The notes below the pieces were generated by a model, which made no database searches, was not told where the DNA came from, and saw only the letters and a list, made by a program, of their open reading frames with translations. A program made the translations under genes and the position numbers. A DNA stretch of 64,000 nucleotides from Planctomycetota bacterium (GTDB lineage Bacteria; Planctomycetota; UBA8108; SXIK01). Positions 27,436 through 37,896 of this stretch are shown here, piece by piece (the stretch's first letter is position 1; every line of letters begins with the position of its first letter). The stretch is taken from positions 7,200,001-7,264,000 of the forward strand of contig CBDCXR010000004.1 of the NCBI GenBank assembly GCA_965223845.1. Direction: 5' to 3'.

Positions 27436-28599
27436 TCAGCGATAGAAGCGCTCGATCTCGGCCACGACGCGCTCGAGATCTTCGGCGCCGAGATAAGGAT
27501 GGATCGGCAGCGAGACGACCTCGCGGGACGCCTGCTCGGCGTGGGGGAAGTCGCCTTCGCGGTGACCGAGATCGGCGAAGACCGGTTGAAACGGCAGCGC
27601 GAGAGGATAGTACACTCCCGTCGAGACGCCGCGCTCCCTCAATGCGGAGACCAGCCCGTCGCGGTCCCGCACGCGGAGAGTGAACTGATGGTAGTTCGCC
27701 AGCTCCCCCGGTGGGACCGGCGGCGGAAGTCGAACTGCCTCGCGCGCGACGAGATCGGTCGCCTCGAAAAGGCGCCGGTAGCGAGCGGCGTTCTCCCGCC
27801 GGCGCTCGTTCCACGCGTCGATGCGGCGGAGGCGGACGTCGAGAATCGCGGCTTGGATCGCGTCGATCCGCGCGTTTCCGCCGAGGAGGACGTGGTGGTA
27901 CTGCGCGTCCATTCCGTGATTGCGGAGCTGTCTCGCGCGCTCGAACTGATGGGCGTTCGACGTCACCATCAATCCGGCCTCACCGCAGGCCGCGAGGTTC
28001 TTCGTCGCGTAGAACGAGTAGCAGCCCCAAACGCCGATGGCGCCCGCTTTTTTCGTCTCGCCGCGAAAGCGACACTCCGACCCGATCGCCTGCGCCGCGT
28101 CCTCGATCACCGCGATCGGGTCCTCGGGCTCCTCGGCGATGCGGACCCACTCTTCCATCGGCGCCGGATGGCCGTAGAGATGGACCGCGATCACCGCGCG
28201 CGTTCGATCGGTCACCGCGGCAGCGAATCCGGCGGTATCCATCTGATACGTATCGGGGTCGATGTCGACGAACACCGGGCGCGCGCCGACGCGCGCCACG
28301 GACGTCGCACTCGCGATGAAGCTGAACGCGGTGGTGATCACCTCGTCGCCAGGGCCGACACCGAGGCTGCTGAGAGCTACGAGGAGCGACTCGGTCCCGG
28401 AAGATACGCCGAGTGCCCGCGTTGTGCCGAGGTAGGCGCTCGCGTTCTCTTCGAAGCGCGTGACGACGTCGCTCAGCGCGTAGTGGCCCGACTCGAGGAC
28501 GTCCAGCACGGCGCGCTCCGTCTCCGCGCGCAACTCGGCGTACGTCGCCTTCGGGTCGATGATCGGAATCTGTCGCTGTTCGCCGCTGACTAAGCTCAC
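27436..28599 (-). CDS. DegT/DnrJ/EryC1/StrS PLP-dependent nucleotide-sugar aminotransferase
   Basis: Motifs SSGT, GPGDEVIT, VHLYG, IEDAAQA, SFYATKNL (PLP lysine) and RNHG. Confidence 0.92.
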   Translation of the reverse strand: MSLVSGEQRQIPIIDPKATYAELRAETERAVLDVLESGHYALSDVVTRFEENASAYLGTTRALGVSSGTESLLVALSSLGVGPGDEVITTAFSFIASATSVARVGARPVFVDIDPDTYQMDTAGFAAAVTDRTRAVIAVHLYGHPAPMEEWVRIAEEPEDPIAVIEDAAQAIGSECRFRGETKKAGAIGVWGCYSFYATKNLAACGEAGLMVTSNAHQFERARQLRNHGMDAQYHHVLLGGNARIDAIQAAILDVRLRRIDAWNERRRENAARYRRLFEATDLVAREAVRLPPPVPPGELANYHQFTLRVRDRDGLVSALRERGVSTGVYYPLALPFQPVFADLGHREGDFPHAEQASREVVSLPIHPYLGAEDLERVVAEIERFYR

Positions 28600-28685
28600 A
28601 CCTCGGCCTCCACTCCTCCTCTTCGCTGCGGATTCAGATGAAACGCTCAGGCTAATCGTTGCGCGCGAGCGGTGTACAGGAAAAA

Positions 28686-28747
28686 GGGCCCCGCGCGAGT
28701 GCAGCCCAGACTCGTAGGCGAGTGTTCAGGCTGAAGACGCGGCTCCC
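28686..28747 (-). terminator. Long imperfect hairpin followed by a T-tract on the minus strand
   Basis: Nested stems CCGCG/CGCGG, CAGCC/GGCTG and ACTCG/CGAGT around a TAGG loop. AAAAA at 28681-28685 reads as a T-tract on the minus strand. Confidence 0.4.
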
Positions 28748-28758
28748 GCCGGTGTGAC

Positions 28759-28810
28759 GAACCCGTACCCGTCCCCGTACTTGTCCCGGAACTTCGTTCC
28801 CGTTCCCGAA
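28759..28810. repeat. Degenerate hexamer repeat (GTNCCC-like)
   Basis: GAACCC GTACCC GTCCCC GTACTT GTCCCG ... GTTCCC GTTCCC GAA, in an intergenic position. Confidence 0.5.
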
Positions 28811-28916
28811 TCCTCGTCGCAGCGCTCGAGGCGAGTGAGCTTCGATGCGATCCTCCCGAGGCTCGGTTCGCCCCCGACGACGGCGCTCCACGGTGGAGTT
28901 CGCCGGCGGTGCGGGC

Positions 28917-30320
28917 TCAGTACGCGTTCGGGTGAGTCCAGCCCCGAAAGAACGTGAGGAGGAGGATCTTGATGTCGAACCAGAGCGACCAGTTGTGCAT
29001 GTAGAAGAGATCGTACTGGAGGCGCTTCTTGAGGGAACTATCCCCCCGCCACCCGTTGATCTGCGCCCAACCGGTCATGCCGGCTTTGATCCGGTGCCGC
29101 AGCATGTACCGCGGCAGTCGCGAACGGAATCGCTCGATGTAGACGGGGCGTTCGGGCCGCGGACCGACGAGGGACATCTCGCCGATGACGACGTTGACGA
29201 GCTGCGGGAGCTCGTCGAGGCTCGTCCGGCGGAGAAAGCGGCCGACTCGGGTGCAGCGGTCATCACCGGGCTGAGTGAAGTGTCCGCGCTCGGCTGCGTC
29301 GACTTTCATCGTGCGGAACTTCACCATCGTGAAGAGGCGGCCGTCGAGTCCCATCCGCCGCTGGCGGTAGAACACGGGACCGCGCGAGGTCGTCGCGACG
29401 GCGAGCGCGATCAGCGCGAAGAGCGGCGCGAGGATGACGAGAGCGATCGACGCGACGACGATGTCGAGAACGCGCTTCACCGCGGCGTTGTTCCCCGTCA
29501 GATGATTCTCCCAAACACTCGTGATGCGGAGGCCGCCGAAGTCGATCGTGACCGGGTGGCGGACGCGGAGAATCGGATCCTCGACGAGTCGCGTCGCGAC
29601 GAAGTGCTCCGCGCAGACTTCGAGCGCTCGCTCGGCGGTGCGACGATGCTCGGGGGCGAGGGCTATGTAAACGTGATCGAATCGCTCGCGATCGAGGAGT
29701 CCGGACAAGTCGCCGACGTGCGCGATCACCGGGACTCCGTGGAGGACCCGGCCGACCGACTCCGGTCGCGTGCCGACGAATCCGACGACGCGGATTCCCG
29801 TCCACGGATTCTTCCGAAACGAGTGGACGAGCTGCTGACCGGCGCGACCGATCCCGACGACGAGCACGTGGCGCAGGTTGTAGCCGCGAGAGCGGAGCAG
29901 ACGTAGCGCCGTGCGAACGAGCACGCGAAACGCGAAGGTGCCGATGGGATTGAGCACGGCCCAGAGAAGCACGACGCCGCGCGCGTAGGACGCCGAGCGG
30001 TCCATGAAGAAGACGGTCATGAGGAGAATCGTCGCGGCCAGGTTCGCCTTGGCGATCGCGAGTGCTTCGTCGGCGAACGAATGCACTCGCCGCGGGTGGT
30101 AGAGGCGGAAGTAGCCGTTTGCGAGAAGGACGATCACGTACACCGCGGGCAGGACGACGATGTACGCTTCGAGCGGGGGCACCTCGTGACGAGGGGGGAA
30201 GACGGTGCTCACCGGCGGGACGAAGCGGAGAGCGTAGCTCGCGAGGAACAGCCCGGCGGAGAGGGAGAGCTCCGTCAAAACGAACAGATTTCGCCAGAGG
30301 ATGCTCGTGCGGCGCAGCAT
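28917..30320 (-). CDS. Undecaprenyl-phosphate hexose-1-phosphate transferase (WcaJ/WbaP family)
   Basis: N-terminal TMs and a CoA-binding-like middle domain. Motifs [27 protein letters not shown] and [10 protein letters not shown]. Confidence 0.92.
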   Translation of the reverse strand: MLRRTSILWRNLFVLTELSLSAGLFLASYALRFVPPVSTVFPPRHEVPPLEAYIVVLPAVYVIVLLANGYFRLYHPRRVHSFADEALAIAKANLAATILLMTVFFMDRSASYARGVVLLWAVLNPIGTFAFRVLVRTALRLLRSRGYNLRHVLVVGIGRAGQQLVHSFRKNPWTGIRVVGFVGTRPESVGRVLHGVPVIAHVGDLSGLLDRERFDHVYIALAPEHRRTAERALEVCAEHFVATRLVEDPILRVRHPVTIDFGGLRITSVWENHLTGNNAAVKRVLDIVVASIALVILAPLFALIALAVATTSRGPVFYRQRRMGLDGRLFTMVKFRTMKVDAAERGHFTQPGDDRCTRVGRFLRRTSLDELPQLVNVVIGEMSLVGPRPERPVYIERFRSRLPRYMLRHRIKAGMTGWAQINGWRGDSSLKKRLQYDLFYMHNWSLWFDIKILLLTFFRGWTHPNAY

Positions 30321-30478
30321 GTCATCGTCCGGAGTTCCGAGGTACCACTCGCCGAGGGAACGCGTCGCGTAGCTGCCAGCCCGATGCTCGCGGCGCCTCG
30401 GCACGGGCGGGAAGCGCGCCGTTAGTCTACCCGAACGTCGTCCGAGAGCACGGCGAGAAGGCCGCGTCGAAGCGAAAG

Positions 30479-31537
30479 TCAGGCGTGCGCGAGGAACCAG
30501 TCTGCGAAGCGCTGGATGCCTTCCTCGATCGGCACTCGCGGCGCGTAGTCGAGATCGCGTCCGGCGGCGTTGATCTCGGCGCAGGTCATCGGGACATCGC
30601 CCGGCTGAGGCGGCAGCCTCTCGATCTCGGCCCGCCGACCGAGGGCGTTCTCGATGAGATCGATCAGCTCGCTCAGCTCCACCGTCCGGTGGTTGCCGAG
30701 GTTGTAGATGTGGTAGCCGCTCGCCCGATCGATCGACCGCTCGATGCCGTCGACGATATCCGAAATGAACGTGTAGTCGCGCCGGGACGAACCATCGCCG
30801 TAGACTTTGATCGGCTCGCCCCGGTGGATCGACCGCGTGAACTTGTGGATCGCCATCTCCGGTCGCTGACGGGGACCGTAGACCGTGAAGAAGCGGAGGC
30901 AACTCACGGCGAGTCCGAAGAGGTGGTGGTGAGCGTGGCAGAGAACTTCGCCCGCCTTCTTCGTCGCCGCGTACGGCGAGACCGGAAAGTCGACGCAGTC
31001 CGTCTCCCGAAACGGTGCGGTTTCGCGGTCGCCGTAGACGGAGGAAGAGGAAGCGAAGACGAACTTCGGGATCCCGAGCGCGCGCGCGAGCTCGAGCATG
31101 CGCGTCGTACCGAGGAGGTTGACCTCGGAGTAGAGGGCGGGATCCTCTACCGAAGGCCGCACTCCGGCGCGCGCGGCGAGGTGGACGAGCACGTCGAACG
31201 ACCGGGCTGCGGAAGCCCCTCCCCGCTCGTCCGAAACGCGTGCTATACTTCGCGCCAATTCGGGGTCGCGGATGTCACCCTCGACGAAGTGAAAGCGTCC
31301 GGGCGAGCTCGGTTCGGCGAGATTCACCGCGTCGAGATCGTCCGCGCGGTGCCGTCCTGCGGACGGGGCTCCACCGGAGCTCGTCTTCAGCGCGGCGAGG
31401 TTTCTTTCTTTTGCAGCGCGGTCGTAGTAGGGATCGAAATTGTCGACGCCGACGACTTCCCAGCTCCGCGAGATCAGTCTCTCGGCCAAGTGGGAGCCGA
31501 TGAACCCCGCTGCGCCGGTGATCAGCGCGCGTGCCAT
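30479..31537 (-). CDS. NAD-dependent nucleotide-sugar epimerase (UDP-glucuronate 4-epimerase-like)
   Basis: Motifs TGAAGFIG, HLAARAGVRPS, ASSSSVYG, YAATK and LRFFTVYGPRQRPEMA. Confidence 0.9.
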   Translation of the reverse strand: MARALITGAAGFIGSHLAERLISRSWEVVGVDNFDPYYDRAAKERNLAALKTSSGGAPSAGRHRADDLDAVNLAEPSSPGRFHFVEGDIRDPELARSIARVSDERGGASAARSFDVLVHLAARAGVRPSVEDPALYSEVNLLGTTRMLELARALGIPKFVFASSSSVYGDRETAPFRETDCVDFPVSPYAATKKAGEVLCHAHHHLFGLAVSCLRFFTVYGPRQRPEMAIHKFTRSIHRGEPIKVYGDGSSRRDYTFISDIVDGIERSIDRASGYHIYNLGNHRTVELSELIDLIENALGRRAEIERLPPQPGDVPMTCAEINAAGRDLDYAPRVPIEEGIQRFADWFLAHA

Positions 31538-31545
31538 GGACGCGG

Positions 31546-31551
31546 ATTATA
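31546..31551 (-). promoter_or_regulatory. Consensus -10 box TATAAT, 8 nt upstream of the epimerase ATG
   Basis: The minus strand reads CGC-TATAAT-CCGCGTCC-ATG with no SD sequence. Confidence 0.6.
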
Positions 31552-31621
31552 GCGAGCCGCGGTCCTCCCGCAAGCGGGTCGAATGCGCGCTGCTGCGTTC
31601 GAGTGCGTCGCGAGTGGCCCC

Positions 31622-32377
31622 GTGAAGCGCGCGCTCGTCTTGTGGAGTGGCGGACTCGACTCGACGACCGTGCTCGCTATCGCGGAGGCGGAAGGCTTCG
31701 CCGTCGTCCCGCTCGTCTTCCGTTACGGTCAACGCCACGCGGTCGAAGTGGAGAGAGCGGAGGCGATCGCCCGCCGCCGCGAGCTCGACTATCGCGTCGT
31801 CGATCTCGATCTCCGCGCCGTCGGCGGATCGGCGCTCACGTCCGATGCCATCGAGGTTCCGGCGAATCGAGGGCCGGGCGAAATCGCATCCGGCGGCATT
31901 CCTCCGACGTACGTTCCGGCGCGGAATACCGTGTTCCTCGCCTACGCACTCGCGTGGGCGGAGGTGCTCGATCTCGCCGATATCTTCCTCGGCGTCAACG
32001 CCGTCGACTATTCCGGTTATCCGGACTGTCGACCGGAGTTCGTCGCGGCCTTCGAGGCACTCGCGAATCTCGCTTGCCGCAGCTCGACCGAGGGAGGACG
32101 GCGCATCAAGATTCACGCGCCGCTGATCGACAAAACAAAGGCGGACATTATCCGCTGGGGGATGCGCCTCGGCGTCGACTACGCTGAGACGTGGAGCTGC
32201 TACAATCCGCGCTGCGCTCCCGGCGGGGGGTGGCGTGCGTGCGGAGAGTGCGATAGCTGCGAGCTTCGCCGTCGCGGCTTCGCGGACGCCGGCGTGAACG
32301 ATCCCACACTCTATCTCGAGACGGACGGACGCCCAGAGGACACTGAGTGCGACTCCTCATCGTCAACGACCGACTGA
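31622..32377 (+). CDS. queC: 7-cyano-7-deazaguanine synthase
   Basis: Motifs [32 protein letters not shown] and TWSCY...CGECDSC. Confidence 0.95.
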   Translation: MKRALVLWSGGLDSTTVLAIAEAEGFAVVPLVFRYGQRHAVEVERAEAIARRRELDYRVVDLDLRAVGGSALTSDAIEVPANRGPGEIASGGIPPTYVPARNTVFLAYALAWAEVLDLADIFLGVNAVDYSGYPDCRPEFVAAFEALANLACRSSTEGGRRIKIHAPLIDKTKADIIRWGMRLGVDYAETWSCYNPRCAPGGGWRACGECDSCELRRRGFADAGVNDPTLYLETDGRPEDTECDSSSSTTD

Positions 32378-33420
32378 CGTATTCGAGCGCGTCGTTCTAT
32401 TCGCTCGATCTCGCCATCGCGCTCAAGTCGCAGGGGCACGACGTTCGCGTGTGCACGCGCGGAGGTGAGCTCCGTGAGCTTTTCGCGGAACGAGGCGTTC
32501 GTACCTACGCGGTGAAGTCGAATCTCTTCTCTTACCGGAAGCTGCTCGGCTTTCTGCGCGAGTTCTCTCCCGAGCTCATTCACGTTCACAGCGTACCGAG
32601 CGTCGAAACGGGGCAGCGACTTTCCGTGAAGCTAGGCGTGCCGCACGTTCTTACGGTGCAGCGGGTCCCGGCGACGCACGATCTCCGTCTCCGTCACCGA
32701 CTTCTCGCCGGCGTGCTCGCGGGGAACGAGATGATTCGCGCGGCGCTCGTCAACGAGCAGGAGATCTCGAAGAGCCTGATCCGGGTCGTCAAGCACGGCG
32801 TCAACGTCGACGCGTTCGTTCCGTCGCCCCGAGAAGAAACGGCGACCGAGTGGATCCCCGTGGTCGGATCGGTGGGCCGACTCGCTCGCGGTAAGGGGGT
32901 CGACATCTTCCTTCGAGCCGCTCGGATCAGTCTCGACCGCGGCGTCGAGGTGATGTTCATGATCGTGGGGGAGGGGGAGGAGGAGAAGAACCTCCGGCGC
33001 ATGGTGAAGACTCTCGACCTCGAGGAGCAGGTCACGTTTCTCCCGCACATGCCGAGCCGGCGCGAGCTCTACCGCATTTTCGACGTGATCGTCATCCCCG
33101 CGATGCGCGGCGGCGTGGGATCGACGGTCCTCGAAGCGATGGCGACCGCGAAGCCCGTCATTACGACGGCGGTGGGCGCGTCGCTTCAGCTCGTCGACCA
33201 CGAGCGAACGGGGCTCCTCGTCGAGGAGAACAACGCCGAAGCGCTCGCGGACGCGATCGTCAGGACCGTGAAGGATCGGGAGCTCGCGCGCACGCTCGGC
33301 GAAGCGGCGCGGCAGTTCACCTGCGAAGAGTACCCGCTCAGCGACATGGTGCGCGAGGTGGTCGAGTTCTATGACGAAGTCCAGACGCAGCTCGTCGAAG
33401 CGGGGCTCGAGCAGACGTGA
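32347..33420 (+). CDS. GT-B fold glycosyltransferase (family 4-like)
   Basis: Motifs [36 protein letters not shown] and TGLLV. Confidence 0.85.
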   Translation: MRLLIVNDRLTYSSASFYSLDLAIALKSQGHDVRVCTRGGELRELFAERGVRTYAVKSNLFSYRKLLGFLREFSPELIHVHSVPSVETGQRLSVKLGVPHVLTVQRVPATHDLRLRHRLLAGVLAGNEMIRAALVNEQEISKSLIRVVKHGVNVDAFVPSPREETATEWIPVVGSVGRLARGKGVDIFLRAARISLDRGVEVMFMIVGEGEEEKNLRRMVKTLDLEEQVTFLPHMPSRRELYRIFDVIVIPAMRGGVGSTVLEAMATAKPVITTAVGASLQLVDHERTGLLVEENNAEALADAIVRTVKDRELARTLGEAARQFTCEEYPLSDMVREVVEFYDEVQTQLVEAGLEQT

Positions 33421-34229
33421 CGAGCCGTGACCGCGATCGACCGCGCGTGGCGGCGGTGATCCCCGCTCGACTCTACTCGCGACGGTTCCCGCGGAAGGTC
33501 CTCGCGCGGGATACCGGCAAGTACCTTCTCGAGCACGTCTGGGATCGCGTCGTGGGCTGCCCGGGGATCGACGTCGTCCTCGTCGCGACCGACAGCCGCG
33601 AAGTTCTCGCCGCGGCCGAATCGTTCGGCGCGGAAGCCCGCATGACTTCGGCGGACCACGTCTCGGGTACGGATCGCGTCGCCGAGGTCGCGCGCGGTCT
33701 CGATCACGACATCGTGATCAACGTGCAGGGGGACGAGCCCTTCCTCGAGCACTCCGATCTTCAGACGCTCATCGCGCTCTTCGAAGACGGGGCGGCGAGA
33801 GAATCGGGCGCCGGTGCTCCGGTAGTGATGACGACCCTAGCGATCCCCCGCACGGACCCGGCAGGGTTCGTCGATCCGAACGTCGTCAAGGCGGTCGTGG
33901 CGGCGGACGGTCGAGCGCTCTACTTCAGCCGTGCGCCCGTGCCGCACGTTCGCAGCGACGCCGGCGGCGGGGCGAGCGCGGACGAGACGGAGTGGCTTCA
34001 GCACGTCGGCCTCTACGCGTACCGCCGCGAGTTTCTCGATGTGATCTCGTCGCTTCCACCGACCGCGCTCGAGAAACGCGAGCGACTCGAGCAGCTCCGG
34101 GTTCTCGAGAACGGCTACGGAATCCGTGTCGGCCGGACGACGAGTCCCCACATCGGGGTCGACACCGAGGAAGAGTACCGCGAGTTCGTCGCCGAGTACC
34201 GACGGCGCGCGTCCTCGTCGGGCGATTGA
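33417..34229 (+). CDS. kdsB: 3-deoxy-manno-octulosonate cytidylyltransferase (CMP-Kdo synthetase)
   Basis: Motifs VIPARLYSRRFPRK, SGTDR, NVQGDEP, ALYFSRAP, HVGLYAY and ERLEQLRVLENG. Confidence 0.93.
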   Translation: MTSRDRDRPRVAAVIPARLYSRRFPRKVLARDTGKYLLEHVWDRVVGCPGIDVVLVATDSREVLAAAESFGAEARMTSADHVSGTDRVAEVARGLDHDIVINVQGDEPFLEHSDLQTLIALFEDGAARESGAGAPVVMTTLAIPRTDPAGFVDPNVVKAVVAADGRALYFSRAPVPHVRSDAGGGASADETEWLQHVGLYAYRREFLDVISSLPPTALEKRERLEQLRVLENGYGIRVGRTTSPHIGVDTEEEYREFVAEYRRRASSSGD

Positions 34230-34640
34230 GGGGCGCTCTCCGCCCGGTCGACGCGCCCTTCGCTCGATTTCGCGAGCGCCGTCTTCGTCGTAAATCGTGG
34301 CTGCGTCGCGATCTCGTTCGCGGCTCGGGGTGGGCTCAAACGGCGCAGTAGAAACTGGCGCGGAATCCGGGTTTAATCTCGCAGGATCCAACCGACGGAC
34401 GATTCCGAAATGGGTCGTCGAGGAGACGCGAGCACGCCCGCCGAGCGAGAGCGTTGCCAACCTTTCGGGTGGCGTGGTTCCCGGCGCGGATGAGATTCCG
34501 CGATGAGAAGACGTTGCGTCCTTCTGCGTGCGTGGATCGGTTTGTGCAATTCCGCTTGGAGGCTGATCTCGCGACGGGGCGAATCGCGAAGAGAAGCGAG
34601 GGAGGGGCACTGGAGTGAAGAGAGGAAAAGGGCGCGTCGT

Positions 34641-36233
34641 ATGCCGAAATACATCTTCGTGACGGGCGGGGTCGTCTCGTCTCTCGGCAAGGGTCTCACC
34701 TCCGCTTCGATCGGGATGCTGCTCGAGAGTCACGGGCTCAAGATCGGCCTTCAGAAGCTCGATCCCTATATCAATCTCGATCCGGGGACGATGAATCCCT
34801 ACGAGCACGGCGAGGTCTACGTCACCGAGGACGGCGCCGAAACCGATCTCGACCTCGGTCACTACGAACGCTACACGAGCGCTCGCCTCACGAAGGATTC
34901 GAACTACACGACGGGCAAGATCTACAAGACGGTGATCGACAAGGAGCGCCGCGGTGACTACCTCGGCTCGACCGTCCAAGTCGTTCCGCACATCACCGAT
35001 GAGATCAAGGCGAGCATCGAGCGCGTGAGCGACGGCGTCGATGTCGTCATCAGCGAGATCGGCGGCACCGTCGGCGACATCGAGAGCCTTCCGTTCCTCG
35101 AGGCAATCCGGCAGTTCGGTCTCGAGAAGGGGCGGGAGAACGTTCTCTACATCCATCTGACGCTCCTCCCCTATCTGCGCGCGTCGGGCGAGATCAAGAC
35201 CAAGCCGACGCAGCACTCGGTCGGTCGGCTGCGCGAGATCGGTATCCTCCCCGACATCTTGATCTGCCGAGCGGAGAAACCGATCAGCGAGGAGAACCGG
35301 CGGAAGATCTCGCTTTTCTGCAACGTACCGACGAGTGGCGTGATCGAAGAGAAGGACGTCGACTCATCGATCTACGAAGTGCCGCTCGTTCTCCGCCGCG
35401 AGGGACTCGATCAGCAGATCCTCGACTACTTCGGGCTCCCCCGCCGCGAAGCCGAGCTCGGCGAGTGGGAGGCGATTCTCGAGACGATTCGCCATCCGAA
35501 GATGGAAACGGAGATCGCGATCGTCGGGAAGTACATCGAGCTCACCGATGCCTACAAGTCGATCTACGAGGCGCTCGCGCATGCAGGGATCGCGAACCAG
35601 GCGAAGGTGAGCTTTCGGCGGGTGTCGGCGGAGGATGTGAGCAAGCAGGGCGCGGACGCCCTCCTCGGCGGTGTCGGCGGGGTCCTCGTTCCCGGCGGAT
35701 TCGGCCATCGCGGCGTCGAAGGGAAGATCGAAGCGATCCGATACGCGCGGGAGAAGCGAATCCCGTTCTTCGGCATCTGTCTCGGAATGCAGTGCGCGAC
35801 GATCGAGTTCGCTCGCAACGCGCTCGGCCTCGCCGGGGCCAACTCGACCGAATTCGACAAGGCGACGGCGCATCCCGTGATCACGCTCCTCGACGAGCAG
35901 CGAAACGTAGTCGATATGGGCGGAACCATGCGTCTCGGGGCGTACCCCTGCGAGCTCTCTGCGGGTACGCGCGCCGAGAGGGCTTACGGGGAGTCGACCA
36001 TCAAAGAGCGCCATCGCCATCGCTTCGAGTTCAACAACGCGTATCGGCAGGCGTTCGAAGACGCGGGAATGGTGTTCGCCGGACTGTCTCCAGACGGCGC
36101 GCTCGTCGAAATGATCGAGATTCCCGAACACCCCTGGTTTGTTGCGTGCCAGTTTCATCCGGAATTCAAGTCGAAGCCGATCCGGGCGCATCCGCTGTTC
36201 GCGAGCTTCGTGCAGCACGCGCTCGGTGCCTGA
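34641..36233 (+). CDS. pyrG: CTP synthase
   Basis: Motifs [43 protein letters not shown] and QFHPEFKS. Confidence 0.98.
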   Translation: MPKYIFVTGGVVSSLGKGLTSASIGMLLESHGLKIGLQKLDPYINLDPGTMNPYEHGEVYVTEDGAETDLDLGHYERYTSARLTKDSNYTTGKIYKTVIDKERRGDYLGSTVQVVPHITDEIKASIERVSDGVDVVISEIGGTVGDIESLPFLEAIRQFGLEKGRENVLYIHLTLLPYLRASGEIKTKPTQHSVGRLREIGILPDILICRAEKPISEENRRKISLFCNVPTSGVIEEKDVDSSIYEVPLVLRREGLDQQILDYFGLPRREAELGEWEAILETIRHPKMETEIAIVGKYIELTDAYKSIYEALAHAGIANQAKVSFRRVSAEDVSKQGADALLGGVGGVLVPGGFGHRGVEGKIEAIRYAREKRIPFFGICLGMQCATIEFARNALGLAGANSTEFDKATAHPVITLLDEQRNVVDMGGTMRLGAYPCELSAGTRAERAYGESTIKERHRHRFEFNNAYRQAFEDAGMVFAGLSPDGALVEMIEIPEHPWFVACQFHPEFKSKPIRAHPLFASFVQHALGA

Positions 36234-36256
36234 CGAGAAGACAAGACGGGAAACCG

Positions 36257-36712
36257 ATGACCGACGACGAGGGCAAGATCATCACCGACGACGATTGGAA
36301 GTCGAAGGCGCAAGCCGAAAAGGAGGCGCTGGCCGAACAGGCGCCGGATGCGGCGGAGGCGGAGCTCCCCGAGCCGAGCTTTCTCGGCGTCGTGGAAGAG
36401 TACGCGGTGCGCGCGATGCTCTCGCTCGGTCAGTTTCCCCATCCCGCCACCGGCCAGCTCGAGATCGATCTACGCGTCGCGCGGCATACGATCGACCTTC
36501 TCGGAATCATCGAGAAGAAGACGAAGGGGAACCTCTCCGCCGACGAGACGGAGATGCTCGCCGATGCGCTCAAGAACCTTCGCCTCGCCTACGTCCAAGT
36601 CGAGAAGGCGGTGAACGAGCAGGTGGCGAAGCTCGGCGAGCGCGACGTCGCGGACGGCGGTGCGACGGGAGACGACGGTGCGAGTCCGGGGCCGAAGCTC
36701 ATCGTGGATTGA
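36257..36712 (+). CDS. DUF1844 domain protein
   Basis: Motifs DDDWK..AQAEKE, A...LG...P.TG, ARHTIDLL....KTKGNL..DE and LRLAYV. Confidence 0.8.
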   Translation: MTDDEGKIITDDDWKSKAQAEKEALAEQAPDAAEAELPEPSFLGVVEEYAVRAMLSLGQFPHPATGQLEIDLRVARHTIDLLGIIEKKTKGNLSADETEMLADALKNLRLAYVQVEKAVNEQVAKLGERDVADGGATGDDGASPGPKLIVD

Positions 36713-37835
36713 GGTTCCGCGGCCCGAGGCCCGCTAGCGCTTCGAGCAGCCGACGCGCGGCCCGCTCCCACGTCCACGGGGCGGCGGCGCGGAGACCGCG
36801 CTTGCCGCACTCGCGTGACTCCTCGCGGTGGTCGAAGTGCCATCGCATGCGCTCGGTGAGCGCTCGGGTGTCCGGTCGCGCGACCCGAGCTTCCGGCGTC
36901 GCCGCGTAGAGACGATCCCCGGCCGGCTCGAGTCGGTAGGGGAGGAGATCGTCGCCCGGAGGAAGAAACTCCTCGGAGCCGCCCCACGCGGTCGCGATGA
37001 CCGGCTTTCCGCTCGCGAGGCCTTCGAGCATGACGAGACCGAACCCCTCGCCCCACGAGGGGGCGACGATCACATCGGCGCCCGCGTAGAGCGACGGGAT
37101 CGCGTCGTCCGTGCACTCTCCGATCGACAGCTCGACGCGCGGGGCTCCGGGCGCGCGAAGGCCGGCATCCTCGAGGATCCTCTCCCAGCCCGGGATCTCA
37201 AACGGACGGCGTTTGCGCGTCCGCGCGGGATCGTACGCGCTCTTGATCGTGAGAACGACGGGATCGGTCGCCCGGAACGCGGCCCGGTAGGCCCGAGCGA
37301 GCTCCGTCACGCCCTTACGAAAATGCGGTGCCGCGATCGAGAGAAACCGAAAGCTCGCGTCGTCGCGCGAAGGGGCCGCCCCGCCGAAAGACGGGATGTC
37401 GTGGCCGTACGGAACGACGATCGCGCACTCGGCGGCGAGCCCAGACGCGACGAGGGCCCGGCGTACGAAGTCGCTCGGTACGATCACGGCATCGAGAGTC
37501 GCGAGAGGTTCGATCCACTCGCTCGGAACTCGATCCGATTCCCACACGAACAGATTCGCGCGGCGCTTGCCGACGAGCCGATTCACGTCCGGCGGGTGGA
37601 CGAACCCGAGCCCGATCTCGGGCGGAGCCGCGCGCGCGACTTCGGCGGCTCGGCGCAGCTCGAGACCGTCCGGAAGCGGAAACTCGGAATCGTAGCGAAA
37701 CCCGCGAGACGCGACGGCGGCGAGCGGGAGGTCGATCTCCCCGCGTGCGTTGAGCTCGATCAGCGCCTTCAGATACCCGCGTCCGACGCGCGCCCAGCTC
37801 GCGGTCGATCGGAGAAGTCCCTGGTAGAGGATCAT
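36699..37835 (-). CDS. Glycosyltransferase family 4-like
   Basis: Motifs VWESDRVP, IVPSDF, RKGV and PSWGEGFGLVMLEGLASG. The stop overlaps the convergent DUF1844 gene. Confidence 0.85.
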   Translation of the reverse strand: MILYQGLLRSTASWARVGRGYLKALIELNARGEIDLPLAAVASRGFRYDSEFPLPDGLELRRAAEVARAAPPEIGLGFVHPPDVNRLVGKRRANLFVWESDRVPSEWIEPLATLDAVIVPSDFVRRALVASGLAAECAIVVPYGHDIPSFGGAAPSRDDASFRFLSIAAPHFRKGVTELARAYRAAFRATDPVVLTIKSAYDPARTRKRRPFEIPGWERILEDAGLRAPGAPRVELSIGECTDDAIPSLYAGADVIVAPSWGEGFGLVMLEGLASGKPVIATAWGGSEEFLPPGDDLLPYRLEPAGDRLYAATPEARVARPDTRALTERMRWHFDHREESRECGKRGLRAAAPWTWERAARRLLEALAGLGPRNLNPR

Positions 37836-37896
37836 CGGGGATCGATGCTCGGAGTCCCGAACTCTTCGAGTGAATCTCTTTGCGGGAAGGCTCGAG

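Noticed and set aside
30321-30902. Long N-terminal extensions in the ORF track (also 2688, 8042, 12120, 14422, 34503, 35465, 59635)
   Set aside because: They overlap neighbouring genes or promoter motifs. Downstream starts match family N-termini and RBS or -10 positions.
31622-32377. queC as part of a QueC-based anti-phage system (Qat, type IV CBASS, Dpd)
   Set aside because: The sequence has canonical QueC length and motifs, and no ATPase, TatD, cyclase or TGT-like partner is nearby.
34230-34640. Known ncRNA (tmRNA, RNase P, SRP, c-di-GMP or lysine riboswitch) in this or other gaps
   Set aside because: None of the hallmark sequences is recognisable. The region is kept only as an unclassified structured-leader candidate.
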